Origin: Amoebophrya sp. A120 | Lineage: Eukaryota > Protista > Dinoflagellata | Direction: 5' to 3' | Assembly (NCBI GenBank): GCA_905178155.1 | Contig: CAJINV010000010.1 | Location: 2,178,778 to 2,242,777 of the forward strand | DNA: 64,000 nucleotides | Shown here: in pieces, positions 1-17,924 of the stretch | How the letters are laid out: each line of letters starts with the position of its first letter | How positions within the stretch are numbered: the first letter of the stretch is position 1 | Program-made: the position numbers and the translations under genes | Notes under the pieces: generated by a model | The model's input: the letters and a program-made list of their open reading frames with translations, nothing else | The model's database searches: none | What the model was told of the DNA's origin: nothing

Positions 1-4956
<4,956 letters not shown>

Positions 4957-6100
4957 CTTGATATGTTAAGAGAAGCTTGGTTGGGCTTTACGGTAACGAC
5001 CTTCTAGAGAACAAGTTGCTAGTGTCTCTTATTTGGTTGTCAGTCGGGTAGTAGTATCTCGGATGTGAAAATGTCAGTCGGGTAGTCGTATTTCTTGTTT
5101 TTTTTGGATTGTGTGATGAATACCAACTGCAACTACTTTTACTTTTCCTTCTTATCGATCTGTGTCGTTGTTCTGTATCGCTGTTTTTTGTATCGCTGTT
5201 CGGAATCGATTTTGATGTCATGTACAATTACAATTAGCTCGGTCTGATTATGGAAAATGAATGTACAAGCAGCTACTCGTTGGTTGGTAAAAAGTGGAGT
5301 CCTGTTTTCGTGAAGTCGCGTTTTTGGAAGCCTCGCGCGGCCAAAGCTGTACTATACAACCAGCTTCTATGTCTGCTTTGAGGAGATTGATATATCTCTC
5401 TTGTTTCAAATCTTTTTCTGGAGAAAATCGTTAACAGGGCCTTTCTGTGGCTAGCAGATGACGGATCTTTTTCGGGAGGTAGTGCCAGTACTAGTACTTT
5501 CCTCGCGTTGAAGAGGAGAACACCAAACTTAGAAAATCACTTGCTCCACTGCCAACGTCGCAGTTGCCCAAGGCACAGGGAATCGGAAACTTCATCGAAT
5601 TCGTATACAAGAATCAAAGAGAAACATTTATTACCGTCATAATGCATCGAAGTCCATGTCACTGTCCACTGTAATCATACAAAACTGATTTAGATAGACA
5701 TCGTGTGCGTTTTCTAAGCCAGGTGGAGTCTGGGGACCGGGGTAAGTACGTGCTAATACGGGTAAGTAACTATACTTATTGTTCGATACATTCACAGTCG
5801 CGTTTTTTTACAGAGTTCGATTCGAAGAAAGAGAGACTGCTCCTGATATATATTTGAGTGATAAATTTATTTGATATTGAGTCACTTTTACATTTCCGGA
5901 AAGCGATAGTTCAGTTCATCCCTGTACGTACTTTTTTATTGATACTCTTCTAGCGGTCCGTCCGCTGCGGACGAGGCTCGAGACTCTTTCTCTACTTTTA
6001 TTTATTTAACTGCATTAGCTGCTTCATCAATTAAACAAATGAACTACTCCTGTTCGGCTTAAATCGTCTAACCTTTTTCTACTTCCCCTCCGCGATCACC

Positions 6101-6618
6101 TCACGTTTCCTCCCCCTCCACGGCATCGGGATCCATCAGGACCGACCGCCACGCATCGTTGGAGGATGATGGAAAAGCAATCCGCTTGATCCGCTCCCAA
6201 AGCGAACCGGATTCGTACTGATACTGAAAGTCGTCCAGGTCGTCCAGCAACAGTTCGGCTGCAATTTTGTTCTCCTCCTCCTCGTCCTGCTCCCCCCCGT
6301 CACCCATGGTGGCTGCGGTCTTGAACGAGAACAGGGAGGACGGGCGCGACTGGACATTGCCCACCTGGAGATGGTAAGTACTTACTTATTGTCATTCACA
6401 ACTTTCACGTTATGCATTTCTTCGACTCTGGTGCGGCAACGCACAGGACGGACGAGATGAAATATGCAAAAGTGCTTCCACTAGGTCATGCGTATCAATT
6501 CACAAAATCATCAAGTTCACGTCTGAAAAGAACGTACCGTGGAATCTTCTCCCGATTGGTTTCCTGCCAGACCGTCCTGCTGCTTGATGTTCTCCGCGCT
6601 CGCAGCGGAAAATCGCAT
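6101..6618 (-). CDS. Small two-exon hypothetical protein
   Basis: ATG 6618 (MRFSAASAENIKQQDG...EDST), GT-AG intron ~6365-6537, then ORF 6101-6364 in frame. Confidence 0.5.
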
Positions 6619-6865
6619 CGGTGAATCTTGAAAGTCATGGTTACCTGAAGTGGTTGAACAAGGTACTATCGCCAATTGTATTCTGAATTTTTTTTTCTGA
6701 ATTTTGCATTTTATTCTGAATTTTACATTTTATGCAAGTTTTTCCACGAATGAATCACCTCACGATGCTTCTCTATGTTCTCTATACGAGTACTTATTTA
6801 TTTCCTAAGGTAAACCACTAAGCGGTGCTGTTTCACCTTCGTTTCCGGCAGTAGAGGGAGTTTCG

Positions 6866-8425
6866 TCATTCGTGGTTCACGAGGCGGTCCGCGTGCTGGT
6901 TCAATCGCTTTGCGGGACAGGAAGGCTTCGTGTCTGCTTCACTTGCTCCCGTCTTGCTTTCGAATTTGCTTTTCTTGCCCGTGCGCGTAGTCCCGCCTTG
7001 GTCGTGCTTCGCGTTCGAAGTCGTAGTGCCGGGTTCTTCATTGCTGGGTGAAGCTCCACTTGGTCCGGTCCGATTCAGCAGGTAGCAGAACAGCAGTAGC
7101 GCAATCAGAATCGAGAAAATTGTGCAGAAGTCAACTGCTTGCCGGTACTTCTCGCCAACAACGGTCGAAGTCTTCACGAACCAACTGAACAGGAGGAAGA
7201 AAACTACTGCGCCAAAGATGTTTGTCGTGTTCGCCGCAAGTCGATGACCAGATTCTTGTGTCGGCGCTTTGCAGAAGAAGCATTTGCAACCGGCTCCGAC
7301 AACAAACAAGACGAGCAGCGCCGCGACGTACATGTCGTGCGCGTTCCGAACGTGGTGCAAAGGAAGCAAGTGCGAAGACTGCGAGGCGTCCGAATTGTCG
7401 TGATTGTGGTGGGCGTGGTTTTTCGCATGTTCATCATCACTCGCGGGTGTGCTGGGAGAGAGGACAGCAGAAGGGGAGCGAACGAAGTACGAGTCGACAA
7501 AGAAATTGTTGGTGTTGGTGTTGGCGTTCTTTACTTGGGTGTCGAGTAAGTCAACGGACGCAGCTTGTTCCGCTTTCGAAGATGTTGTTGTTGGCTTTGT
7601 TCGTTGCGTGTCGCTTTTCGCCGACTTTGCTGGAAGACTCGTCGGTGATGTGGAAGTCAGAGCAGGGTGCACGTCGTGGTCCACAACCAGATCATCGCCG
7701 GGCAATTCCGGGATGCCAGACGATTTCGCGACGATTTCCACTGCACTCACTTCGCCCACATCCGAAGCCTGCTCTTCTTTTGTACTGTCCAAAATCGGTT
7801 TGTGGGGCGCTCGTTCTATTTCCAAAATGTGTTCATTGAGTGTAAAACTGAATGCTTGTTGAAATGCGGTCTTAAATTTCTCACAGTAGTTGTTAATCTC
7901 GGTTTCCTTCTTTGTCGACTCCAACTGCATCTTCTTGTTCTGCTTCTTCCCTTTGTTCCCTTCATCTACTTTCTTGAGGATATTTTGCAGTGGATTGTTG
8001 CTGAATCGTTCGAGATCCGCGGTGACTCTAGAAATTTCATCTAATAACCGGTGACCCCAAACTACAGTTTTCTCGTCCTCGCCCTCGAGAGCGTACCTGG
8101 GCACGAGATTTGCGCTGAGGAATCTCTCAGCTAGTTGACGTTTGATGTACTGCGTGCCGTATGTAATTTGTGTGATCGTAGAGTAAGCACTGGTGCTTTC
8201 TATTTGTGTGTCGATCTGCTCTGCTATGCCAGTGCTGAAATCAGAAGGATGGCTCCCCTGGTCCTCCGTCCATGTATGATACTGTGCCTGAAGTAGAGAC
8301 TTGAGTACGTCTCCCGCTGCGTTTGTAATCTCCTCTGCAACCTCTTTCACTCCGGGTTTGAGGGAAGACACAGTTCCGGCGGTGGATGGAGTTTGATCAG
8401 AACCAGGCGATTCAGAGCCAGACAT
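6866..8425 (-). CDS. Hypothetical protein (519 aa) with ~3 C-terminal hydrophobic segments
   Basis: Long uninterrupted ORF on the gene-bearing strand; hydrophobic runs MYVAALLVLFVVGAG, IFGAVVFFLLFSW, IFSILIALLLFCYLL. Confidence 0.75.
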   Translation of the reverse strand: MSGSESPGSDQTPSTAGTVSSLKPGVKEVAEEITNAAGDVLKSLLQAQYHTWTEDQGSHPSDFSTGIAEQIDTQIESTSAYSTITQITYGTQYIKRQLAERFLSANLVPRYALEGEDEKTVVWGHRLLDEISRVTADLERFSNNPLQNILKKVDEGNKGKKQNKKMQLESTKKETEINNYCEKFKTAFQQAFSFTLNEHILEIERAPHKPILDSTKEEQASDVGEVSAVEIVAKSSGIPELPGDDLVVDHDVHPALTSTSPTSLPAKSAKSDTQRTKPTTTSSKAEQAASVDLLDTQVKNANTNTNNFFVDSYFVRSPSAVLSPSTPASDDEHAKNHAHHNHDNSDASQSSHLLPLHHVRNAHDMYVAALLVLFVVGAGCKCFFCKAPTQESGHRLAANTTNIFGAVVFFLLFSWFVKTSTVVGEKYRQAVDFCTIFSILIALLLFCYLLNRTGPSGASPSNEEPGTTTSNAKHDQGGTTRTGKKSKFESKTGASEADTKPSCPAKRLNQHADRLVNHE

Positions 8426-9976
8426 CCTTAGTGGAAGAATAGTTGTATTCTACTATGTATTATGCTGGTTTCCACAACACCTTCCTATGACGAAAATCCC
8501 TACGCAGCGGCTTTAAAATCGACATCCAAAGGAATTTACTCAAAATAAGAAGTTCAAGAAGGGAAGTCGAACGGACGAACGGCCGCGTGAGAGTGAGACA
8601 GCAACTACACGAGGCAACGATTACAAAAACCGAACCTCATACCTCATACTAATCCTTGGTGATCATTTTTCTCTCTTTCTAGAAACTGCTGAACCATTTG
8701 GCGCAAGACGTCGCTCCGATGAGCAGTACTCGACACGTCTCAACTCCTGGGACGCGTGGAGTCATACCCGAACGAGCACGATGGTATCTCTCTCTCTCTC
8801 TGCACATATTCACACAATTTAATGCTAATTTTATTCATTATAGTCGCTCTAAATCAAAGGTCACTCTAAATCAAAGGTCAAATGAACAGGCTCAGTTTTT
8901 CGTTCATCGCGTTGAAGAAGGAGATCGATTTTCTTTTCCTTCAGCTCGTTTTTAGCGATCACACACAGCGCTTTACTGTGGCTAGCAAGTGACGGACCTT
9001 TTTCGGATAGTGCCTGTACTAGTACAACTCTCCTCGCGTTGAATAACGATCTTAACTTCGCCGCGGAAAGAACCACGGAGCGGAAAAATGAAAATGACTT
9101 GCATGGAACTGACGTTAATTATGGGGAGCTCGTATTCGTTGATAAGCAAAAATTAGTCTTTGACTTTGATTGTCGTTGTGGTTGTCTAGTCCATGACGTG
9201 AGCTGCATAAAAATCGTATAGGCTTTAGTTTCTAAGTGTTCATCTTTCCGTAACCTTAGGCTGTATAAGAGTTGTAGAGCCACTTCTTCGAGTGTGGAAG
9301 ACGCCTCCGCCTTCGCGGTGTCACGAACACAAACACTTCGCCCTTGTCTTTCGTCTTTCTACGAGGAATCACGACCAGAAGCCCGTTAAGTACTGTTTCA
9401 TTCTGTAACTTTGATTCACACATCATGAAGGTTTTTCGTAGTTTTTGTATTTTTTCGAACGACGAGTTCTATGACAACTTTTCAAGGTGTTATGCGAGTG
9501 CTCTGCTCGTCGCTTTGGCCTTGGAAATAGGTGTGGGTAGCTTTGACGAGGACCGTAACAAGTCAAGGAAAAAATGTAGTACTACTGTAGTTCCTCTGTC
9601 TAGTCGAGGTTGGATGGCCATCAAAAACCACACAAGAACAATCGTCCCACGACCTATTTAAATCGATGAAATTACACCAAAAACGCGGCAGCAGGAGCAG
9701 CCAGTCCCAATCGCGTTGATGATACGAAGAAATTAAGTGGGTTAGCGATAGGAAGCCTCTTGTTCGTGAGGTTTGATGTTCTTGATGATGAAGGCGCAAT
9801 AAACAAAAGGGCTACTTTGTCTGTATTGTAAACATCCTGAGTTAGTAACTCCAAATGACAGCCTGCTCTGAACGTAACTTACGATGACAGCCTGCTCTGC
9901 GCCACCGCCTCTACCTCCTCCGGGCTGATGTATCAAAGCACTTCTGCGCACAGAACTACTACGTCCTCGAACTCAC

Positions 9977-12900
9977 TTAAGCCTTCTGGACTTGTTTCAC
10001 GGTGCTGTTCCGGGCGGTGTCCGCAGGTTGTTTACTTCCATGTAATATTTCCTCCGCGGGCACTGTTCTTTGCGCTTCTCCTGCAGCTTGTTCCTCCTCA
10101 GATGATTTATCTTCACTCGACTTAATAGTCCCCTCCTGAGCCGCGACATCATGATGATCACCGCTCCTGTTTCTTTTCTCCAGCACAGTTGCTGGCTCAC
10201 TCGTCTTCATCATGCCGCTGCCAAACTCTGGCGTCATCTTCAAGTCTGCACTTTCGGCTTCGGATGATAATTTCTCTGTTGCAGGAGGAGACTCAGCTTC
10301 GAGGGCAGTGCTATCCTGCATAGATTTGTACTGCTGGTCTTCATCGCCGGCCTCCGCTGTCTCCTCGTCGTCCTCATCAGCATCGAGTTCCTCCTCCTCC
10401 CCGAAGTCATCTTCGCTGACACCCATATCACGCATCATGCGATCGTCGTCATCTTTATGCGTTGCAAACATGTTGTCTGGATTGTTTCTATCTGGGATTG
10501 GGAAGTTGTCATACCGCCTTTAGTATCTATATGAGTGAGAAACTCACTGTGGGTAAGCAAGCATGACAAACCTGTTTCCTGCAGGAGCGAGACGCGCATG
10601 AGAATATATCGCGTCTCTGCACCACAAGGAAGCAGCGCGGCTGTTTTGCGAAATCCATCACAGAGCTCAGGACCGGTTGTGCTAGTGCTTGTCCTAGTCC
10701 TATGGAAGTTCAGCATGACAACTTTAGTACACAAAAATCATCCAGGCACCAGAATATTCCACTTGATAATCCGGAAAGTCGTCCGGGAAATCCTCGAACT
10801 CGTCCCTGTGTTCGATGGCCTTGATCAAATCGCACGGCGGCAGCGTCTATGAATTGCAAAAGTATCGCACAAGGTAGTAGTAGTGGTCGCATCACAAATT
10901 TACGCAGCGTGAGAAATGGAATTTGTAATGCGGATCTGCCTTCAGAGCGGATGCGGAGCGATATTTGTCATGCATGTTGACCGCAATCAATTCTACGAGC
11001 ACGATGCTTTTGCAGTGCATAGCGTCAAAGATGATCCCCCACGACCAGCGAGCATTTCTCCGGAACCTTCTTGTTTCGTGTTGCCCATGACAAGTTTCAG
11101 CAGCGAGAGTGCGTCTCGGGGGAAGCCGCGATAGAGAAACGCGTTTTCCTGTCCAGCGATGACCGCTTGGAAAGTTTTCGGCAACAGGTGAATGTCCTGC
11201 ATGCCCAGGAAAATCGCGGCTGGTGCGCCGGCGTCGGAAGTGGTCTGTGTGAAATTTTTGACGTTTAGACAAGATCTCCAAGAATGTACTTTATTTCATT
11301 TTCAGTTTCAGACAGCGCGCGACTATTACGTATACTTGGGATCAACGAACCCGGGCGCCCCAAGAGAAGGTGGCACCGAAAAAAATGATTCACTCACATT
11401 AGCAAAAAGCTGCACCTGTGCCATAGCTCCAATCTTAATCTTTTCCGCAACCGCGTCGAAGTTTTTTTTGTCATGATCACCGCTTTGCTCTCGTGTGTTC
11501 GCTGTCGGCTCTCTTGCAGCTCCCGAAGACGACGTTGACGACTGCTCGTTGCCATTGTAGTAGTGGATTTTCCAGATATCCGGGCGCTTGCTCAGCATGC
11601 GCAGGAAGCCGCGGATTGGGTCTTTCCGTTTTTCCACTTTGTCAAAGACGTGGAGGTTGAGGCAAGGAGAACTTGGAGTGTTTTCATCCGCATCACCCAA
11701 AAACATCTCCGGCGGGCAGGCGTCGGCTAGCACCGCCAGTTTCACTAATGCGTCAGGTAGACTGGTTTCGGACTGCAGACAGATGTGCAGGTTTTTCCGG
11801 AACTGGGGAACAACGGCACTTTGATCTCCTCCAGCAGAGGATAGAGTTTTGCCGTTGTTATCAGATGAAGAACCACAGCCCAAGCTCGTTTCGGTTTCCG
11901 ACGAAGCTGCACCACTAGTGCCTGTTCCACCTTTCTTATCGCAGTAAAACCCATGCAGCAGTTCGAAAAAGGTTGACAGCAAATTGTGGAAACTTTCCTG
12001 CTCATTCGGGTGAAGCAGAGAAAGGAGCTCGTCCGCCCGGTCGGCTAGCTCATATCGGTAGAAATCCTCCTTCTTATCCTGATAGTAATGGTGTTGGTGA
12101 TGTGAATGTGTTGGACTCGACTATCAATAACGCAGCATCTTCACCGATTGCTTCTTCGATTCTATGCATCTACTTTGTCACATGCGGTGAACCTAAACCA
12201 CAACCCGACTGAAAATCAACCTGTCACCTTCCACTCGACAAAGGCCCTGCGCTGCAGGCCGTGAAACACGGAGGGGAGCGACAAATCGGTGACGTCCAAG
12301 GGGGCTTGCAGCAGGAGGTTGTAATTTTTGCCCTCGAGCACCGCTTTCTCGCGCAGGCGGAAGATGTCGTTGTCGAGACACGCAGCCCGTTTCAGGAGCG
12401 GCCGGAGCTGGGTGTTATGATTAGACAAAGGCTCAAGCTCATCCTCATCTTTCAATCTCTTCCCAAGGATAATTTTCATGGCGGAAGTAAGTAGAATAGA
12501 AACTACGTACTACATGAGTCACACAATGTTCATGTTGGCTTTGACACGGTCACAAATACCATTTGCTCTGCCTCCTGTGCAGTTGGCTGCGGCCCATTTC
12601 CCGGTGCAATTTTCAGGACTGCGAAATGGTCCGGATTCATTTCACTTAGAGCAGCCTGTTCATCCACCAAATCGTTCTCTCCGGTGGCGCGCCCTGTACA
12701 TCGAGTGCTATCCTGTGCAAAAGTATCGTACTCGTACTAATTGCGATCATGCATGACAAATCTTGGCTCTTAGCGAAATCAGCATTACAAATTCCATTTT
12801 TCCTTCTGGAAAAATTTGTATTGCGATTACTACATATTATATTCATGCGAAAAAAGAGGTAGACAGAGGGTAAACAAGAGGTGGCCGAGAGGTCAAAAAG

Positions 12901-14910
12901 AGGTCAAAAGAGGTAAAAAAGAGGTCGACAGAGGTGGAGAGGTGGCGCGGGACCCCTTTCGAGAGGATCGGCGAGAGGGTGCGCGAGTATAGCCCGCCGA
13001 AGGCCCCACCTTAAGGCGGCGCCTAAGTGCCTCAGAGGGTGCAGAGAGGTCAAAAAGAGGGGGCGCGAGAGGTCGACAGAGGTCGAGAGAGGTGGCGCGA
13101 ATAAGGGGCGACCTCTCGCGGACCCTCTTGGCCACCTCTCGGCCACCTCTGTCGACCTCTACCCGCGAGTATAGCCGGATTATTAGCGGGGACCCCCAAA
13201 AGAGGTAAAAAAGAGGGTCTGCGAGAGGGTAAAAACACAAAGTGGCGGGCGCGAATCCGCATGGTCATGCCCATATTTGGCACTGCAGGCTATTCGCGGA
13301 CTTGTTTTGTTCGGCGCCTGTCCCCGCCACCCTCTCGCGCCACCCTCTCGCACACCCTCTCGCGCCACCCTCTCGCGCCACCCTCTCGCGCACCCTCTCG
13401 CGCCACCCTCTCGCGCTACCCTCTCGCGCCACCCTCTCGCGCTACCCTCTCCCGCCGAGCGCCTTCTGTTCGCCCCCGATGTTCTTTGCAGCTGCTCCCT
13501 GCGCAGAGCGCCCGCAGGCGCGGGAAGCGCGCAAGTGGTCCTGCGGGTTGGCGCGGCGCAAACCAGCGGCACGAATGCAGTACGTTTCGTTGTACATAGG
13601 CCCGTGGGGTTGTGGTCCGATCGGCAAACAGTCATGCCCCGGCCCAACAGCCGTGCGCTCCGGCGGCAGCCGGAGCATGGCTGGTTTATACTAGTACGAT
13701 ACTTTTGCAATGCATAAGTGCTCTGCAGCAACAAAACCCGGTACCCCTGCAACATCCGTACCATCGCGTGATCGAGCGAATCGAAAACGACCGCGATGTT
13801 TTGGGGATAAGAAGAAGTTGTCCTGGGTCCTACAAAAGGCTCTGGGATAGGGTGGAACTGCGTGCTCTCCAGCGCGGCGGACCACAGTTTGCCGATTTTG
13901 GTCACAAAGTTTTCTTCTTGTTGTGAGACGGGAGAGTTGCAGCTTCTTTTCTTGCAGAAAGCGAGAAAGAGGTTAAGACGTTCGTGCACGTGCGGGACCG
14001 TGGTGGAGAAATTCTCTTGCGGTGGTTGTTGCGATAGTTTGTTTTCGTTTGTAGTTCCCGTCGTGTTGCTACTTTCCGCAGTGTTTTCTGTCGCACCATC
14101 AGTTGCGTTTGTTTTTGCGGTTTTGTCATCGGTAGGAGCGTGTTCCGACGCGCAATTCTTGTTCCCGGCTGGTCGTGTTCCCTGCATCCATGCGAGGGCG
14201 GCTGGAAGTGGAGGGACGATGATTTGCTAGGAGGTTAGGAGGTACACTGCTCTGCAAGGACGACGTGCACCACCGAAAACAAGAAGCGCATCAACTCTAT
14301 ACCATCAGTGGCAAGTGAAAACAAGTAGAGGTGATATATTCAGTGGATGCACTTTTAGCATTAGCTCTAATTGTTCATATTCACCTAACACAGCAAACAT
14401 TTGCCATCTGCAGCTACACACCTCGAGGAGAACTTACGAAACTATACCTTCAACATCGTCCAGCAACATCTTCGTTTGTTGCGCAACTTCTTCTCCTGCT
14501 TCCGGGCTAGACGTTGTCGGTTCCGATGAAGCCGCAGCGCCATCGGTCGAAGAAGTGTTTTCGCTCATCTGATCACTTTTCCCCACACTGGCCTGCTCCG
14601 TCATCGTGTCCAGCAACACGACGTCATCTGGCGCCTGCAAAACCGCCGCGAGCTCTTTCGTTGCGGTGCGCAGAGCACTGCAAAACAACCGGACCTGATT
14701 TTGCTCCGAAAAATAATATTGATTCTCGGCTGCACCAGAGTTCTTCTTGCCCAGCAAGGGAGCTGCACCGGCTCTTGCAGCCGATTCTCCACATCGGAAG
14801 CCGGTCGATCCGCTGACTGCTGCATAAGTAGGCTGCACGACGACCGCTCCTCTGCGAGCCGCCGTTCGTGTTGCACCCGGGTGGCGGGCGAGTTTGGAGA
14901 GTACTGTCAT
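9977..14910 (-). CDS. Multi-exon hypothetical protein (possibly more than one gene); basic N-terminus, acidic C-terminus
   Basis: Chain of same-strand ORFs 14434-14910, 13717-14187, 12216-12703, 11326-11982, ~10740-11280, 9977-10520, separated by GT-AG and TIR introns; not all junctions resolved. Confidence 0.5.
10848..11021. mobile_element. TIR intron element, family A
   Basis: TATGAATTGCAAAAGTATCG...CGATGCTTTTGCAGTGCATA; DR GCGTC. Confidence 0.88.
12709..13716. mobile_element. TIR intron element, family A, with a ~860 bp nested GC-rich insert
   Basis: TATCCTGTGCAAAAGTATCGTACT...AGTACGATACTTTTGCAATGCATA; DR AGTGC; insert ~12828-13686. Confidence 0.88.
13326..13451. repeat. Minisatellite, ~10 copies of CCACCCTCTCGCG-like 12-13 bp unit
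   Basis: Direct reading of tandem units. Confidence 0.9.
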
Positions 14911-16082
14911 GGTAGATTCGTTTTACTTTTTCTTTTCCAGAACAAACCGTATCTAGTAAGTGTCGTCGTTCGGAAGAACAAACGCTGGCTCGCTTATTTC
15001 TGGCAACTTTGCTTTTGCCTCGTGCGGCGCAAGGGGGAATGGTTAGCACTTCTTCGCCCTACCTCAATGTCACGATTTACGAAAAAGAAGTCACGCTTCT
15101 AGAAATCTTCACGATTTTCTTTATTTCTCGATGCCAGCAGGAGTAACATGCCGTAGATAACGTTCAAAGCCCGAAGCCAGGCCTACACGATACTGTGACC
15201 GCGGTGGCGATGTTGCCACAGTACTAGTGTCGACACGCACTAAGAACTAGAGCAGGCTGCTCTGCATGTAGATCTTCACACGCCACTATTAGATCAAGGA
15301 ACCGCCACAGCTACCATTCGCAATCTCCGCCAACCGCACCCATGGGCCTAAAGCGCTGCAATACCTTTACGGCAGTTCGACTTCTCGGTAACAGAAAAAC
15401 AGCCGCACTAGCTCATGATCTCGCCGCAGATCCGGGTGAACTCCTGTCTGAGATCGCTTCTAGGCTGATGTTGATCAACTACATCACGACCGTCGCTGGA
15501 TCTGGTAGCACAAAGAATCGCTACCGAGGTCTTGTAGGATCTTTGATGACACGAAAGAAGAACACACTAGGCGAAGCGAAAGACTGCAGTCTCTCTTCAG
15601 CAACTAAGGTCGTGCAGCAACAGGAGGAGGAGAAATACGTAATGGAGTCATTCACTGCGGGCTGTGATCTAGTTTAGGGGAAAGACGAAAATGGTCTGCA
15701 CTACTACTACTAGAGAGAAATAAAGATGTCTCTATTGATTGGGTGTGGCGTCCTCGACAAAAAATTCAGGTCAATGATGTTCCGTAAAAGGTGTTCTTTG
15801 ATATCTTTGTGTTGTGCGATGCGCTCTGTTAGCGTTCTCTTTGTACTAGTTCTCAGTGGTTCTAGTCCTAGGATAAAACGTCGCAAGTACCTCTTTATGT
15901 TAATGGGGTTTGGAAAATTCAAATTGCATGGAAAATGATCCGAGCTGTGGCTTTGCTAGTCGACGAAGCCACAGCGGTGAGAGAAAAATGATGAAGAAGT
16001 CTTTGCAAAGTACTTATTTCGGGCTGCTAAAAGTTTGCAAGGTTTTTCTACTTCTGCGAGAACCTCCTCCTACACGCACGAC

Positions 16083-17924
16083 CTACGGCACCCAATGGCT
16101 CAGCTCATGCCTCGTTGCCGTCAGGTGCGGGTAATGCTGCACTCCTGCAGCACCGGGAAGAGGTTCTCGTAGTAAGTCCGCTGCTCCCCCTAGCCTCCTC
16201 TGCCGTGGCAATTGGTCCCAATCGGAGTGTTTGCTTGGTTTTTTGTGCGGATGTTGAACAACTGCCGCTGCTGCACCAGGTAGTTGCGCCAAAACTTCGC
16301 TTGTACTACTTCCCGTTGCAGCACCACTAGCACCTCCAGCAACTACTCCGTTGGACAGCATATTGTCGTACTCCACCGCCGCTCCCCCGGCGTCCGTCGG
16401 ATCGTCCCCGAGAAATGCGTGCGCAATAAAACACACTAAATATCCTGTGCAAAAGTATCGCACTCGTATTGCAATCATGCATTACAAATCTTATTCTTAA
16501 GGCAATGCAGCATTACAAATTTCATTTCTCATGCTGAGGAAATTTGTAATGCATTTATACGAGTACGATACTTTTGCACTGCATACTAAAGACAACGCCA
16601 CCAAATCCATCACCACCTGGATTGTTGCCGACGCGTGCGCCGGGTCGATCCTGCATAGAAGAAATAACTGCGGTAAAACCGCCCCGAGTAACGCCCCGAC
16701 AAACACGATGATCGACGCCGCGAAGGATAAAACGAACGCCGTGTCCAGGTGCGGCCACGCGACGACAAAATGCTGGACCAAAAACCTCAAACAGGCGAAC
16801 ACCCCAATGACCAGGCCGAGTAGCATCGCGGTACGGAGGAGTTCCAGGTTATTGATTTGCTTCCTTTCCGCGAATTTCCGGACCACGTAGACCACCGACT
16901 GCCCGCCCGCGTTCCCGCCGGCACCAACTAGCATGGTGGAAAAATACACGATGCTGGGGTGCTTCATCAGCAGCTTCGAGTAATTTGCCAGAATGGCCGA
17001 CCCGGAAGACTGGAGGAGCAACAGACCAATCAGCCACATGGCGCGGTTGTGAAAAGCAAACTGCTCCGCGTAGAGGGAAGAAGCAGAGGACCCTGGTGAA
17101 TTCTGTAGAGAACTTTCTTTCGACCGAGAGGATGGTCGCATCAGAGGCAAGCTGTCAACATAGTTGCTGTCCTGGTCCACAGTAAGGTGGAAAGAAGAAC
17201 TTTTATGCGCCGGAGTTGGACTCGCACTGTCTCGCTTTTGACGACTACTGGGCGTGGTCATCATCTTGCCAATCAGATTTCCGGCAGGAGGATGTTGATG
17301 TTCTTTATTTTGCCGAAGATTCTTGCCCGTTCCTGTAGTTTCAACGTCGTGCGCGGATTTCTCAAAAAGTGCTGGGTTGTCTTCTTCGCGACTTCTGCTG
17401 TCTGTTCTGGAAAGAGATGGCAGTACATCTTCCCCGCCACACGAAAGAGTCTCAAAAATCTGCAGCTGGACATGGTCTTGGCGCCTTCGTCCTCCTTCAT
17501 CTTGGTCAAGATCATAATTCAAATCCTGCGCTACAGCTCCTTCAATGGAAGACGAGGAATTGTCAGAGGAGGATGAACTAGAATTATTCCTGAGCACTTG
17601 TAACCTCGCCTTTCGCTGCTCGTACAGTTGCTGAAGTTGCTGCTCGAGCTGCAGGATCTCGGTGTCGAGGGCATTTTTTCTATGTTGGCTACCTTTCGTT
17701 GGAGTTAGCTGCCGACCTGCTCCACTCGGGGGCTTTATTCGACTTGCTGCTGCACTACTGCTCGCGGCGGGAAGAGCCACAGGCTGCATCCCCAGGGAAG
17801 CGGAAGCTCCTGTTGCTGCAGAGGAGTCATCATTTGTTCTTTCCATCGCTGCAGCTGCTGCTGCAACAGTGTTCTTCGAAGTCGGAGAAGGAGAGCTCAA
17901 CATGGTTCCGTAGCTCAAATGCAT
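16083..17924 (-). CDS. MgtE/SLC41-family divalent cation (Mg2+) transporter with long disordered N-terminus; start uncertain
   Basis: RAMWLIGLLLLQS...MLVGAGGNAGGQS and IDPAHASATIQVVMD match MgtE membrane-domain motifs; removing the TIR intron joins DLVALSLV|CFIAHAFLG. Confidence 0.85.
16441..16585. mobile_element. TIR intron element, family A
   Basis: TATCCTGTGCAAAAGTATCG...CGATACTTTTGCACTGCATA; DR CTAAA. Confidence 0.92.

Noticed and set aside
8847-8880. CTCTAAATCAAAGGTCA tandem duplication
   Set aside because: Two-copy local duplication in intergenic DNA with no further structure.
10520-10735. Possible further degenerate TIR introns (also ~23455-23630 and 53701-53971)
   Set aside because: They show the internal motif or TA-like ends, but I could not define matching TIRs, a 5-bp DR and an in-frame junction.
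12893-13717. Overlapping ORFs rich in R/A/P/S, and likewise at 19458-20287 and 56749-58172
   Set aside because: Artefacts of GC-rich repeats inside non-coding inserts.
15342-15677. Plus-strand 111-aa ORF with a faint ACT-domain-like segment (DPGELLSEIASRL)
   Set aside because: Short, opposite to all other genes, and the similarity is too weak to support without a profile search.
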